Assembly (NCBI GenBank): GCA_051362555.1
Contig: CM120640.1
Coordinates: 61,172,788-61,236,787 of the forward strand
DNA from: Lingula anatina
Taxonomy: Eukaryota > Animalia > Brachiopoda
Direction of reading: 5' to 3'
DNA length: 64,000 nucleotides
Shown here: piece by piece, positions 14,801 through 27,300 of the stretch
Numbering within the stretch: the stretch's first letter is position 1
Layout of the letters: the number at the start of each line of letters is the position of its first letter
The notes under the pieces: generated by a model
What the model saw: only the letters and a program-made list of their open reading frames with translations
The model's database searches: none
Told to the model about the DNA's origin: nothing
Translations under genes and position numbers: made by a program

Positions 14801-17800
14801 CAAGTTGGCCTTTCAGTTGCCCATAAGTTTTAAACATTTTATACATAGGAGGTTTCAACTCTTTGTGCAATAAATTGCTTTAGAAAACACATCATACATT
14901 CTGAAGTAAAATGTGTGCATTATGCGCCTAATGTTTAACCACATGTGTGAAAATCCAGGTCAATGTGAACTGATGCATGTTCTGAAAGTAGTAACATGCT
15001 GTGTCTGTGACAGAGATGTATGTATTAGAACTTCTGAGCTATTTTCAGATATGTTCACTTATAATGCATACTGTGCACAGACATCTACTGAGAATGATTT
15101 ATCTGTTGCCTTCATTTATAAGATGATGACAAAAAAATTCTTAAAAGTTGATTTTTTTTATTTATTCATATTTTTTAGAATGATGAAAGTACCTATGGAT
15201 TTGAACTTGCAACAAGGCCAGCATGTAAACATTTATGGAAATGTGCTGTGGAGCACCATGCTTTCTTCAGGTAAGATTAGGTTGTAACAGTAATGTTCAC
15301 AAAATCATTTGGAGCTAGACTAGGGTCTTTTATATTTTCAGTATTTGATCATAACACCAAGTTAATTTTATCCAGCGTCGTAAGGGATGAAATTTATCTT
15401 CACTCCATCTCCCAGAAAAATGAAATAAGACAAAATAAAGGGTGATTTGATGATGTAATTTCTTTGTAAAATTTTATAGGATGCATCAAGCCACAGAGAC
15501 TGTTTCTACAGGAAAACTTTTCAGCCTAGGATCAAAGAACAGATACAGGTTAGATAAACTTGCATCTTAGTGGGATTGACCTTTATATACCACTTCTGTT
15601 TTCTTTCAAAAGTTACATTCATCAAACATTGACTTCCACAATAAATATGTAATATGTAAAAGTTATTCATGAATTTAAAAATATTGTTAAGGTTACTGTG
15701 TATGAAATCTTGTAAGTCAACATTAGGAACATACCAAGATCCATTGGAAAGATGGTTGTTACTGCTTAAGTTACACATTTTATTTTCAGTGGCAGATCAG
15801 AGAAACAGTCCTCTCAAGAACCTGCATCACGCCCACAGCCACATGTTCTTAGGACCCCTTCACGCAGGCAGCAGAGAAGAACAGCTTCAGATGTCCCAAT
15901 ATCAAATGGTTTGTTGTTCGGAATATTTTAATTGCTGTCTAATTCATGTTTTACATGTGTCCTATCCTTAAACCTTGGCAATCACATTTAACCCTTAAAA
16001 AACCTGGGTTCATAAAAGAAATTATTTTTATTTATTGTAAGATTTGACACTCTTTATCTTCTTGTAGGAATTGTGGGTAATGACGATGGTGGGTTCTTGG
16101 ACTACCCGGACGGAATGGTCACCACTGTTGTTCAACCAAAATCAGAAAGAAGGTAAAACTGTCAATGATACTTTTGTAAATCTTACCATATAGGTGAAGA
16201 AAAGAGCAATTTATTTAACATTTCCAGAGAGAGGATGCATCTTTTTATGTATGTTTTCTGATTTTCAGTCATAGGCAAGGCCATTCAAATGCTGCAGACT
16301 CCCCAAGAAGCACTAGATCAGCTCCATGGGAGATGGGAAATTCTGTTAAAGGGTAATCTTATCTTAGTCTTATTTCATTGCACTGTAGATACCATCTAGT
16401 CACAGTATTCAAATTTAGTTCTGGAAACCAGCACTAAACTACCTGAGAGATGAAAAGGGATGTGTTTCATTCCAAACCCCCCTCCCTTTATAATAATATG
16501 AAATCCTCTTGTTTTTATTTGATTATTATTTTTTGTTTTATCTAAAAAAAAAAAAAAAAAAAAAAAAACTTCAGCATTCTTATGTTAATTGATTATTTAC
16601 AATTTTTATTTCAGTGGTATGTATACCACAGGACGTGACTCTCCTATGTCTACACGAAGTGAGAAGATGAAGTTTCCAGGACCCAGGAGGTCCAGAGAGT
16701 CTGGCAGTGAAAGTGAAGCCAGCTATCACCATAGGAGAAGGGGGCACCACAGTAGGAAGTCTGATAATGAAAGTGACCAAGAGAGGAGGAGGCGTCGCAG
16801 GTAGGCTAGAAGGCTGTATTTAATTTTAAAGAAAATGAAGTTGTGATATCCATAGATGCATTCAAAGTATTTAATCATTTAAAACATTGTAGAATGGTCT
16901 CAACTTTAACTTAAGTTCTGCATTTTAATCTTTTATTATTTTCTAGGTCTAGACATGAGAATAGTGGTAGTGAGTCTGAAGCATCACATCAAAGGCGCTA
17001 TAGGCATAGAAGGTCAGGTCAAGATATGTTAAGCTCTGAAGCCAAGTGGAAAGAGGTCCAAAGGAAGCTGGAAAAGAATGACATGATAGCGTGAGTTTTT
17101 AATTTGAAGTATTATTTAAGAAAGATATTTATACAAACATGTTGCTCAATACTACAGATATTATATAGATAAACAATAAAAGACGTTTGAAGATTTATTT
17201 CTTTTTTATTGTTATCCAGCTCTCCAGAAGGCAGGGCCCATAGTATGAAATCAAATGGGTGAGTCTTACATACTAAGTAAGGTCTTTTATTTAATGAAAA
17301 AAAAAATCTAGTATTCTATGTAGTATGTCTGCTTCAATACAATAAATGCATTATTTTATGTCCTTGTCATCAGTCTGGTATGTTATGCAATTACTAAGTA
17401 TTTATTTAATCTAATTTTATAGAATTTATATATTGGGTTAATTAGTTATGTTTCATACCCTTTGAAAAATAGAATTTACATTTATTGAAGGAATGTATTA
17501 GTTATGGTAATGTTCTCTGTGCTCACATTATTTTGAAATTCTGACAAATGCCTCTTTCGTTGTTTCTGTACAGATCATTGGCTTCTGATCATGGGTCAGA
17601 GGATAGTGGGAAGAGAAAGAGAAGGACAAGAAGGTGAGAACATGTGACAATAGATGGCACTCACTATTACATTTGTGAAAATAGATGAATTAATGTAACT
17701 AAATTAAGTTAATAAAGTTTTGGTATTGTGAGCAAAATTTTAGAAGTAATTAAACCATTGTCTTATAATAGCAGTGCCCTACAATACATGTATTTTATTC

Positions 17801-20800
17801 TTACACGTTTTAAGATATTCGTTATGGCTAGTCTTGCCAGTGATATGCAAAAGTTGCATGACTGTATTTTCTAGAAAACATGTTTTGGGCAACTTTTAAT
17901 TACAGGAGAAGTAGGTCACCAGGTAAACGTCCACCAGAAGAACTGAGGCAACATTTTGAGTAAGTTAAATGTAGTGATAACAATCAATGTAGACACAAAT
18001 GCAGCTTTTTATAAAGATGCATGGCTTAGATCATGTAGATTCGAACAGTTATGACACCATCTTAATATTATATGCAATGAGGCTATGATATATTACATTT
18101 AGTAGTTTTGAGATCTGACTTACAGATATTGTTTGCAATTGATAGCTCATGTATGATTGTTTTTATATGAAAAAAAGTTATGTGTTCTCTTATGTATTTT
18201 GTGTTCAAGGTATGATCTTGTGGATCCTGAGACAATAGGATTAAATGAAGAACAGATGAGAGATATACCTTACACCAAAGTTGAGTAAGTACACCAGAAA
18301 CATCATTTCTCATCATATTCTTTGGAAATGAATTTTACTAGTTGTTTTTAAAAAGAAAAGTTGACTTTTATTTGATTTAAGAAAATATTCTGTGAGAAGT
18401 TCTTGAAATAGATTATTTGTGACAAAGTTGTTTGCCCTAGTATTCATTTCAGTGTTTTGGTTAAATGTATTTTCAGAACCTCAGCCGAGCCATTTAAGAT
18501 CAAGTATTCCCCACATATGAGGCAAAGGTATAAATCTCCCAGAAGAAGAAGTCATGGGTATGTATTTTAGTACTACAGCGTTATTAAATGATATTGATTA
18601 TCAAGTTAAATAATCCTTTGTGTTTGTACCTCACTGTTATTACTCTAAATAGGTTGTGCCTATTATGCATAAAATACAACATGTGTATTCATTTTCAGGA
18701 GTGATCTAAATGAGGCAGGCATGGGTCGTATCCCAGGTGGAGAACCTGTGCCAGCACACCAGCAGATGTATCCACCACCCACCACACAACAGATGTATCA
18801 ATCCAATACACAACAGCAAAAATATCCATCCAACACACAACAGCAAAAATATCCATCCAGCGCACAACAGCATAACAGGAGGAGTATGCCAGAAGTGCAG
18901 TACAAGAATGCTTATGGGTAAACTTTCAAGATCATGTGCCTTTTTTAACCAGCTTTTAATGTTATAAATGTTATATGTTTGGTATGTGACTTTACTAAAA
19001 TAATTATTGTTTCATGGTGACTATGCTGATATTTGTTTACAAAGTGTGCATTATCAACTCTTTTGCAATATGTTAAGGCAGTTAGTATATCTATAAGTAA
19101 AAAAAATAATAGATTTTAATCTACAAAATGTATGCGACCAGTGGAAGATGTAAAAAAAAAGTGCATACTGGGTAATGGAGAATTGTAGCATACTGTTTTA
19201 ACAACAAGTTGCACATTAAAGGCACCAAAACAATGGAGAAGAAATGGTTCAGCCTCCCCCCTCAGTACAGAAAGCAGAGCTTCACACGGCTCCAATAGTA
19301 AAGACAAAACCAGTTGCAGTGTTCACAGCCCTAGCTCCAGACAACATACCTCACCCATATCCCATTATGCCATTAGAGGACATCACCAATCTTTCCAAAA
19401 ATAATAAGGTACAAACACATCCCAGTAAAAATCAGTTTCATAGTGTTGTGATTTGAAATAATGATAAAACTGTTCCACTGGGGATAAAGAAAATGACCAC
19501 CTCTTTATCCTAGGAAATAATGTTTAACTGGTTCAGTTCATTTGAATGTATTAGCTATAAGATGTTTGATTCATTCCAACAATTTGGTACAATGCGTGAC
19601 CTTTTCTTACTTTTGTGTTATTTAGTTTTCCAAGCCAAGTGATGGCAAACATCAGCACCATGACTCTGGGCTTGGTATTGACCAAGAATTATCCTCTAGC
19701 CCTAAGTATGTGTGTGTGTATTACTCATAAATCTATAACAGATAAAATTGTACTGATAAGACTGGAAACCATAAAGGTGTATTTAAACCGAAAATGATAC
19801 CTTGTAAATAGGATTGTATTTTTATTGTATTTACATGACCCTAGGGCATTAAACTGAATGGCATTGTTAATCCTGTACAAATATTTGCTTTCAGGTCAAA
19901 TATAGGCATTGCAGTAAGCTTGAAACCCAAAGACGATGTCAACAAGTATCCAGTGGAATCTACACCAAAGAATGGGACTAGGTAAGACAAAACTAAATTT
20001 TTAAGGTATTGCATAGTAATGAAATACGAGGTAGTAATTAGGAATATTTTGAAGCTATGTTAAGAAATTTTAATGGCAAAGGCAATCTCACAATTTACTG
20101 ATGTCATCTAACCATCACAGTGCTGTTTTAGTAACATAAAATAGGTTTACTTCCATCTCATTAATTTTAGTCTTGAAGAAAATGGTGGAAGAATGAGGAC
20201 AAGAGATGCCAAAAGTGGTCCTTTGAATAACAGATTGTCAGCAATACAAGGATATCAAGATGAAGCAACTTCTGGGTACTCCAAGACTGTTATGTCTAAT
20301 ATACCACAGTCAAGTACATGTACTGGCAATTCCAGTATGCAGTCAAAGTCAAGACAGCAAGAGACCAACAGTAGACCAACATATGTAGAACAGGTAAAGC
20401 TTTCCTAATTAATGTTGCACCTAAAAATTGCATTGTTGACCACCTCCTTATATGTCTTAATATTTTTTGAGGTTATAGTTGAACATTTAAGGTTTTAAAA
20501 TTATTTTTGTTTAATTTAGTAAAAGATTGACTCTCTTTAAAGAGCTTTTATCCTATAATATTGAAACCAATTAAAGTTTAAAATGTCTCAAATATTTCCA
20601 GGTATCTAATATTCCAGGCAATAACGAACAAAATGGACAAAGTTCAGTCCTTGGGTCACAACAAACTAAGATGTTAAGGGCACAAGAGTCTCAAAAATCT
20701 CAAATACTTGCAAGTCCAGTGGCAAGAGCACAGGACTCGCCTGCATCACAAACAAACATTACTCCTCTCATGGCAAGATTACATGACAAAGGGCAACATA

Positions 20801-21000
20801 ATTATGGCAGTCCAACCGCAAGGTTAAATGTTCCTGGCTCCAGAAAGGATGGAGTAGGGCAGGTAAACTCTGCCTTTACACCAGTGAGTGGAAGTACAGT
20901 GTCTAGAAAAGAAGTACTCAATTGCAGCTTAAGCTCGGAACTTTTAAGTCAGGTCTTGAGTTCGTCTGGAAGGAATAAAGATATATTTACTGAATTGTGA
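5877..21000 (+). CDS. EPB41L4A: FERM-domain band 4.1-like protein 4A (about 1042 aa); exons 5877-6035, 10653-10757, 11659-11701, 12154-12232, 12907-13004, 13258-13378, 13857-13944, 14307-14395, 14678-14741, 15179-15270, 15480-15548, 15790-15908, 16068-16152, 16269-16352, 16615-16800, 16947-17090, 17220-17258, 17574-17633, 17906-17959, 18210-18284, 18477-18557, 18699-18917, 19222-19408, 19626-19705, 19895-19981, 20171-20393, 20602-21000
   Basis: FERM motifs [75 protein letters not shown], and the FA region RYSGRS. L4A-specific blocks SAPWE and [15 protein letters not shown]...[14 protein letters not shown] are present. All 26 introns are GT-AG and in phase, and the exons sum to 3129 nt. Confidence 0.93.
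6677..6830. mobile_element. Truncated copy (left arm plus centre) of the Harbinger-type MITE at 27004-27265
   Basis: GGCATGGTTCACATGGAAAGTCTATTTTCTAAAAATCTATTTTC...GCGCGAGCCAGTTACT is nearly identical to 27004-27125. The right arm breaks off at 6830. Confidence 0.85.
7061..7130 (-). mobile_element. Degenerate tRNA-derived SINE head
   Basis: The minus strand has an A-box-like TCGCTAATTGG and a B-box-like GGTTTGATTCC at tRNA-like spacing. No full cloverleaf. Confidence 0.3.
9265..9618 (-). mobile_element. Decayed CR1/L2-type LINE reverse-transcriptase fragment in EPB41L4A intron 1
   Basis: The ORF-track peptide ends [20 protein letters not shown], similar to the YxLNG...KDLGV...LxW tail of CR1/L2 RT. 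An adjacent frame gives LG...NNIPDS, similar to LGP...INDLP. Catalytic DD not intact. Confidence 0.4.
18766..18870 (+). repeat. Coding 27-bp tandem repeat (YPSNTQQQK-like, about 3.5 units) in EPB41L4A exon 22
   Basis: The peptide [35 protein letters not shown] comes from repeated CAACAGCAAAAATATCCATCCA. Confidence 0.8.
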
Positions 21001-21742
21001 TAAAAACAGGGAGCAATAATACAGTGCAGCAACGGTTGTGATTTATGTGCTTGATAATTTATTATGAACATGTTTTAATATTTGAAGTCTTTCATACCGC
21101 ATTTACTACAAGACCTACAATTGCACTGAACATTATCATGTAGGTGGAGAGTGATTTTTTTTTCATTATTATCATTTGTCTGGAGCTATTTTCATCTTTG
21201 AAATCATGGAACAGAGATTTAAAATAATTTTTTTTTCTTTTTTCATTTTATATGATGATTCAAAATAGGACTGGGTTCAACAACGAAAATATGCAATGTT
21301 CTTGGCGTTTTTATACATTATGATCTTATGAATTTAGATTAAAATTAAAATCATCTTGAAAGCAGTTTATACATTAAAATCAACCAGAGTAAGGGATTTT
21401 TTAAGAAGCATATTAAGATATTTTCAGGTGTTATATGATTTATAAGTGAATAAAGTGTTTTTATACCACCTCAACAGTTAGTGATTCATGATTTCGCGTT
21501 AAGCGTCTTATTATTGAAATGCCTACTACAAAGTGTAAAGGTAAAAGGGAGGTGCACTTCTATTATAAAGGAATGACGAGTGTGACAAACAAAATTACAT
21601 TTGTCATCGTTGCCTTTTTTCAGCAAAATACAAAATACAATATCTTTCAAAAAATTCCAGCGAGTTTGTTAGTTCCTAGAAAAGTTCCAACATTTGCGAC
21701 ATAGTATTCATTTTATTAAGTCACGAAGAAAAAATAGGGCTC

Positions 21743-22063
21743 TTAATTTCGTTGCCGCGGTGCACAACGATGAGGTCCTGCAGATCTAGGACGCAGTTTC
21801 ATTGGGTGACAAGACTTTGGCCGCTCAGGTCTTTTGGGGAGGACAGGTTCTGGTTCGTTGATAACAGAATTTGACCGTAAGTTATATCTTGACTGTGTTT
21901 TTCTAAGCTTGTAGCCAATGCGTGCTGAGGATCCTGATCTCCGCTGTTCACATCGTGATTTGGATCGTGGGATATGACGCGACTGTCTTGTCTCATCATT
22001 CATATCACTATCGTCAGTGCAAGATCTCCCCATCTCCGATTTGGGTCTTTGTTTTCTACCCAT
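21743..22063 (-). CDS. Uncharacterised 106-aa Arg/Ser/Pro-rich basic protein (orphan), single coding exon
   Basis: GC-richer ORF than its flanks. Strong 3' splice site TTTATTTTTAG about 25 nt upstream of the ATG. AATAAA about 25 nt after the stop (TTTATT at 21712-21717 on +). Candidate upstream donors near 23284, 23362 and 23657. Confidence 0.6.
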   Translation of the reverse strand: MGRKQRPKSEMGRSCTDDSDMNDETRQSRHIPRSKSRCEQRRSGSSARIGYKLRKTQSRYNLRSNSVINEPEPVLPKRPERPKSCHPMKLRPRSAGPHRCAPRQRN

Positions 22064-24172
22064 AGCGATGCTTTTGTTGAAACTGTACTAAAAATAAACG
22101 AATTGAGTATTTAGTATTACTTTTATGTGTAGTTCTAAAATGAATTAGGTGCTTCTGTAAAAAAAATTACACTCCACTAGAGTAGTTCTAATTTTGAGGA
22201 CGTAAGAAAACGGATTCATTTTAAATCGGTGTTTTTAAAATGGAAAACACTGGCCCACACAAAAAACGCAATCATGGTTTCAGGTTTCTTACTGTCATGA
22301 TTAAAAGATGCATGGGTGATGCTGTAATAGAAAACTACATATTCGTGGGTGATACAATTGTGTTTTAAGTACGTGAATTTGATACTGCAAGTTGTATCCA
22401 ACAGACTGCAAATGAAATCATTCTGATCATTGTCTGGAGAGTGAAAATAATATGAGACAAAATTTGAACTATTTGGTGTTTTCATAACCAACAACTTAAA
22501 ATAGCTCGGAAATGTTGAATGCATCTATAAAACACGCACACAGTGGATCTACGTCAACAAACGTGTCAAACTGTCCTCATCAGATCTTGTACAGGTGTAT
22601 CAAAGTTAAACTTGTTGTTGTTGAGTACGCTTGCCCTGTGTGGTAGCCTACCCTTGGATGACCAGTAAGCAGGGCAATATTCTAGAATCTATTAACTTGA
22701 GCGCCCTGAGAATTAATTCCCCTGACTAATCATACGACGATGCCCTGGTAAAAGGCGTAAAAGCAAATATAGGGCCAGTTCATGTAGGGCCTATAATGGA
22801 ATATATTTCGTGCACTTATAAAGTATAAGAAATAGTATCAAAATGGAATTAATCTAATATATAACATTCAGGGAAAGTCCCCGTAGAGTTAGTGGGTAGG
22901 AGCAAGGTTGGTACATTCATTGTGAACGTGGGCCCTTGGTCACCTTAGAAAACCGCCGCACAGGTCTATGGAAATCCTTTTTTATCTTTCGAAAAATTAA
23001 GAATGGCATGGTAAACTGAATTATCTTTTAATCACCAAATTCTACAGAACGTTGAGGAACAACATTCTGAAGATTCAATCTTGTTTCATAGTGGTAAAGA
23101 TTAAAACTTAACGCTCTTGCAACTTAAATTCAGTTTTCCTGTAACTATATATATATATATTTAAAAGGCTGTGCTTTTTAAATATTGATGTATAAATACA
23201 TTTTACTTTCCATTCGCACTTATTAAATTGTATAACATTTTTATTGTTGCGATTTCAAAAAGCATGTTATCATTATTCACTTACTTATTAGGTACACCAA
23301 TGATATTGTGGTAAGCCGTTGTGGAATGCAGAGAAACCCACACAGGGAAAATAAACACCTACCTTTTGAAACGCAGACAAGATAAGCAAAACTTGTCCCG
23401 ATTGTGTTGCTGAAAAGTAATTTAATACAATTTATTATGCTTTATTGCTGTTAATTTTAAATAAACGCGTTTTTAAATTTTATAGGCCGTGCATCTGAAA
23501 TTAAGATGCAAGGTTACTTTCTCAATAGATTCGCATGATCACGATGGATGCCGCACAACAGCTTTGGATGTTACTTACAGAAAAAGCTTTTTAACAATCA
23601 TGGATGGAAACTTCGTTTCATGGCAGTTTAATATATATAATAAATGAATAAACTCACGCTTTGTTCTTGACAATATTAAAATCCTCCTACCATTTTCGTT
23701 GCGATGGTAGGTCCACATGTAGGCTTTTACGTCACAATTAATCATTGTTCACGTAACAAGACATGTCGAGTTATTTTGTTGTAGCGTCACAAAGTCATGA
23801 CAAGATAGTAAACTGACTAAAAATTGAAGTAATTTATTACTTTCAAAATCCTTTATGTAAGATTGTTTTTTAAACAAATTAATTCCTAATGAATATTATC
23901 AAACAGTTTTTCCAGTGACGTTGGAGCTGGGGCGTTCAGTGGGTCCCTTGGTCTACTACAAAGCATCCAGCTAGACTATTAATACCAGTCTAAATACGTT
24001 ATGGAATTCAATCCACCTCATAGTTTTTGCTCTTTTCGCATGTTTTAAAAGAAAACAATTTCATGTTAAGTTAAACAAGTTTAGTTGCGTCTGGCTAACG
24101 CATCGCTGACCCTCTTTACTATGCAGGTCATGTTGACAATGCGGGTCGCGCGTGAGCCTCGTTTTCGCGTTT

Positions 24173-24307
24173 GTTGCCATGTGACGCTCTGCGGCTAGCA
24201 CATGGCTATTATAACTGCAGCAAATGATGCAAAACTTTGACAGACTTTAGATGTATAGCCGTTTTTCTTTAGATAGAGTAGTAGTTTAAGTACCGTTGTC
24301 TAGGGGA
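24173..24307 (+). promoter_or_regulatory. RFX X-box-like motifs upstream of THEG-like
   Basis: GTTGCCATGTGAC (24173-24185) and GTTGTCTAGGGGA (24295-24307) lie in a CpG-rich stretch just before the ATG. RFX sites are typical of ciliary/flagellar genes. Confidence 0.5.
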
Positions 24308-24308
24308 A

Positions 24309-27300
24309 ATGGCTGGGGTAGCAGGTAAGTGAACATTCTTTTAAAAGTGTTTTTTGCACATTTGTTTATTACTGGCATTTTATACCTGCTACTGGTACGC
24401 TATAATTTCCAGTTCAGTAGGATTGGTATATAGTGGTCAGTAATGCTTTGGTAGAGCTTAGGGATGCTGATTGAACTTTGCCTACTAATTCCCCCTAGCC
24501 TTATTTAAAATCATGTAAATTGATAATAATTGTCTACAAAACAATAGACATTTTTATCTAGATGTACATTAGACATTTAATACTAAAACTTACACACTAT
24601 ACAGGTACAACCGTAGTATACCATGGTTCGTTATGTTTTAACACGTAGTGATCATTCAGTTTCCTATGATGGCCACAAAGTTCAAATAACTTGTTGGCGT
24701 GGCATTGTATAGTACGGGTAGGTTGTAAATATCCCCATCTTTTATTAATATTTCACATATCGTGTCTGAAAAGGAAATACAAACATTTAGCCGCCAAGCT
24801 GCTATCTTGACTTTTGACAAGAAACACTACAGTGAGAACAAACTGAAGCGGATCATGCTTATTTATGTCATTTTATAGATATAGATGAGAGTATAAACAC
24901 ACAAAAAGCAATTTTTTGCTCATATTTTAGCAAATAAACATTAGAGATAAATATTACAAAACTCAATAAATGCCCTTTTATGCTTTCTTGAGTGTCAGTG
25001 CATGAATTCCTCTATTTTACTAAATTTCTCATCAACTATTTTCTTTCCTTGTTTGCTGTGCAGTGGGTGAAAACAGGCTAGTAATGCCAAAGATTAGAAT
25101 TCATAAAAGGCAGCAGCCATCCACAGGTAGTAGTTGTCAATAATTAATGTATATGGTTACATCAATAAGTAGAATAACTTTCGTTGCTGTGTGAAAAATC
25201 TCTCATTAATTCCATTGCACTTGCTGTAATCTGTTACTTCATTACCTTTATATTGATTTGCGTATGGCTCTTTGTCACAGCTTCCTTAGACCAAATGACA
25301 ATCAATAGATCTCAATGTGATGATTGCAGGTTTAATTGATGCATAGAAAGATTAATTTGAATGACAAGGAAGCTGCCTGCTTTTGTGGTCATAAATTTCA
25401 GTTTCATTAGACTTTATTATACAGGGTTATAAATCATTTTATGGTTAATGATAATCAGAGTTTTGATAGTTCCTGTAGACGTCAGTATAATTCTAATGAT
25501 TCTTTATGGTTGTTCTGATACAATGCCATTGTTCACACATTTCATTCTGAAAATTTGATATATGTTATTTCAGTTCAGCCTAGAGCTTTTCCCTTCTATG
25601 ATAGGTAAGTCTCTATACATTTTAGGGTTTTATTTGTCAAAAGTGGATGGTTGTCAAAATATAAAATAAAACTAAACTTGTGATTAGCTGTTGGATTTTG
25701 GACAATCTTTTTCAGTCATACTTGCATGTTCTATTTCTTATACACAAGCAGATATTGACCACAATTGTTCCAAATAAACAACTCAAGTGCTTGTTTCATA
25801 ATCTATGTGAGTGGTGGGGTATAAATTTAAGGTACTGTGTAAGTGGTTCAAAATTCAAAAGTTTGAGTAAAACAAATAAACAATACTTTAATGCCTACCA
25901 TTTATACCACCTGCACCAGTGAACTGTTCTTCATTATAGTTGGGACTTTGTTTGCATTCATTATTGTATTCACACCTTTATTGTACACAGAATTACCAAT
26001 GGTTAGCAATATGGGTTGCTTTTGTTTTGTGGGTTTTGTTACACAAATTACTGACGTAAATTGTTATGAATTCATTCTTACTCTATATTCATTGAATCTT
26101 AAATACTGCAACTGTTAGTGATTTACTTTCATCTTTTGTGGTATTACATAGTATAAATAGAGGGCATCTGTATATTTTTTCATAAATACCAAGGTCAATT
26201 TCAACCAAAATCCATAGCAAATAGTTGAAATAAACAATTAAATTGGAATAATAGACCAATTTCTTTGTCAGTTATTTCTTGAATGGTTTAAATTACTTTT
26301 TAAACTCTTTTTAGTGAGAGGATATTTGAACTTGCTCATCCAAAAGAATCCAAGGCAATATGGCAAACAAGTTTTGGGTAAGACTTTTTTCATGTTTTTT
26401 TTTCATGGTTTTATTGGTTACACTGAATTTAAACAGAGAATGAATTGTTGTGGCTGATAGAATTGGAAAAAAAAATGAAAAAGATGGACTTAACTGTTCT
26501 TGTATTCTTTAAAATTGTTTGGATTTGGATGAATGTGTGGGTGTGTGTGCAGTGGGGGGGGGGGGGGGGGGGGGGTGAAGCAATGAACATCATTTGGCTG
26601 TCTGTAGCTTACAAACATTTCATAGGATGTAAAGTGACAAACTTGTAAGTTTACTGAATAATATTCTAAAAAAGATTACACACAGTGTAACGTATGAATG
26701 AAAAATGGGTGAAAAAGCATTAACTGTGGTAAAAAAATAATAATATTATAAAAAACAATTACCGTTTTGTTGTAGGCCACGTGTTCTCTGGGGCACACAA
26801 GATATGCTATGGCCAATAAGTGCAGATGCACTGAAGACTCAAGCCACTGCCAGAGTTATACAGCTAGCAAACCCGAAGAAAAATTTTCAGACAGGAATAA
26901 GAGTGAACAGGTAAACTTTTATTTCAATTTCATTGTTGAAATTATGGCTTTGGAGATTGATAGACTTATCATAGAGGATGTGCACGGGTACTTTGCAATT
27001 TTAGGCTTCGTTCACATGGAATGTCTATTTTCTAAAAATCTATTTTCTATTCGCGCTATCTTATGATCACGGTCTGTGCCCTGAATATCCCACCACGTAA
27101 TTACTGGCAGCGCGAGCCAGTTACTTATAGTAACTAACTTATAGTAACTGGCTCGCGCTGCCAGTAATTACGCCGCGGGATATTAAGGGCACAGACCGTG
27201 ATCATAAGACATACCGCGAATAGAAAATAGAATTTAGAAAATAGACATTGCATGTGAATGAAGCCTTAGTGTGCCTTTGGATAGGACTCTCTGGGGATGG

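Noticed and set aside
26554-26575. Poly-G run, and poly-C/poly-A runs at 16543, 34617, 40909 and 53968
   Set aside because: Simple intronic homopolymers with no evidence of function. Their lengths are unreliable.
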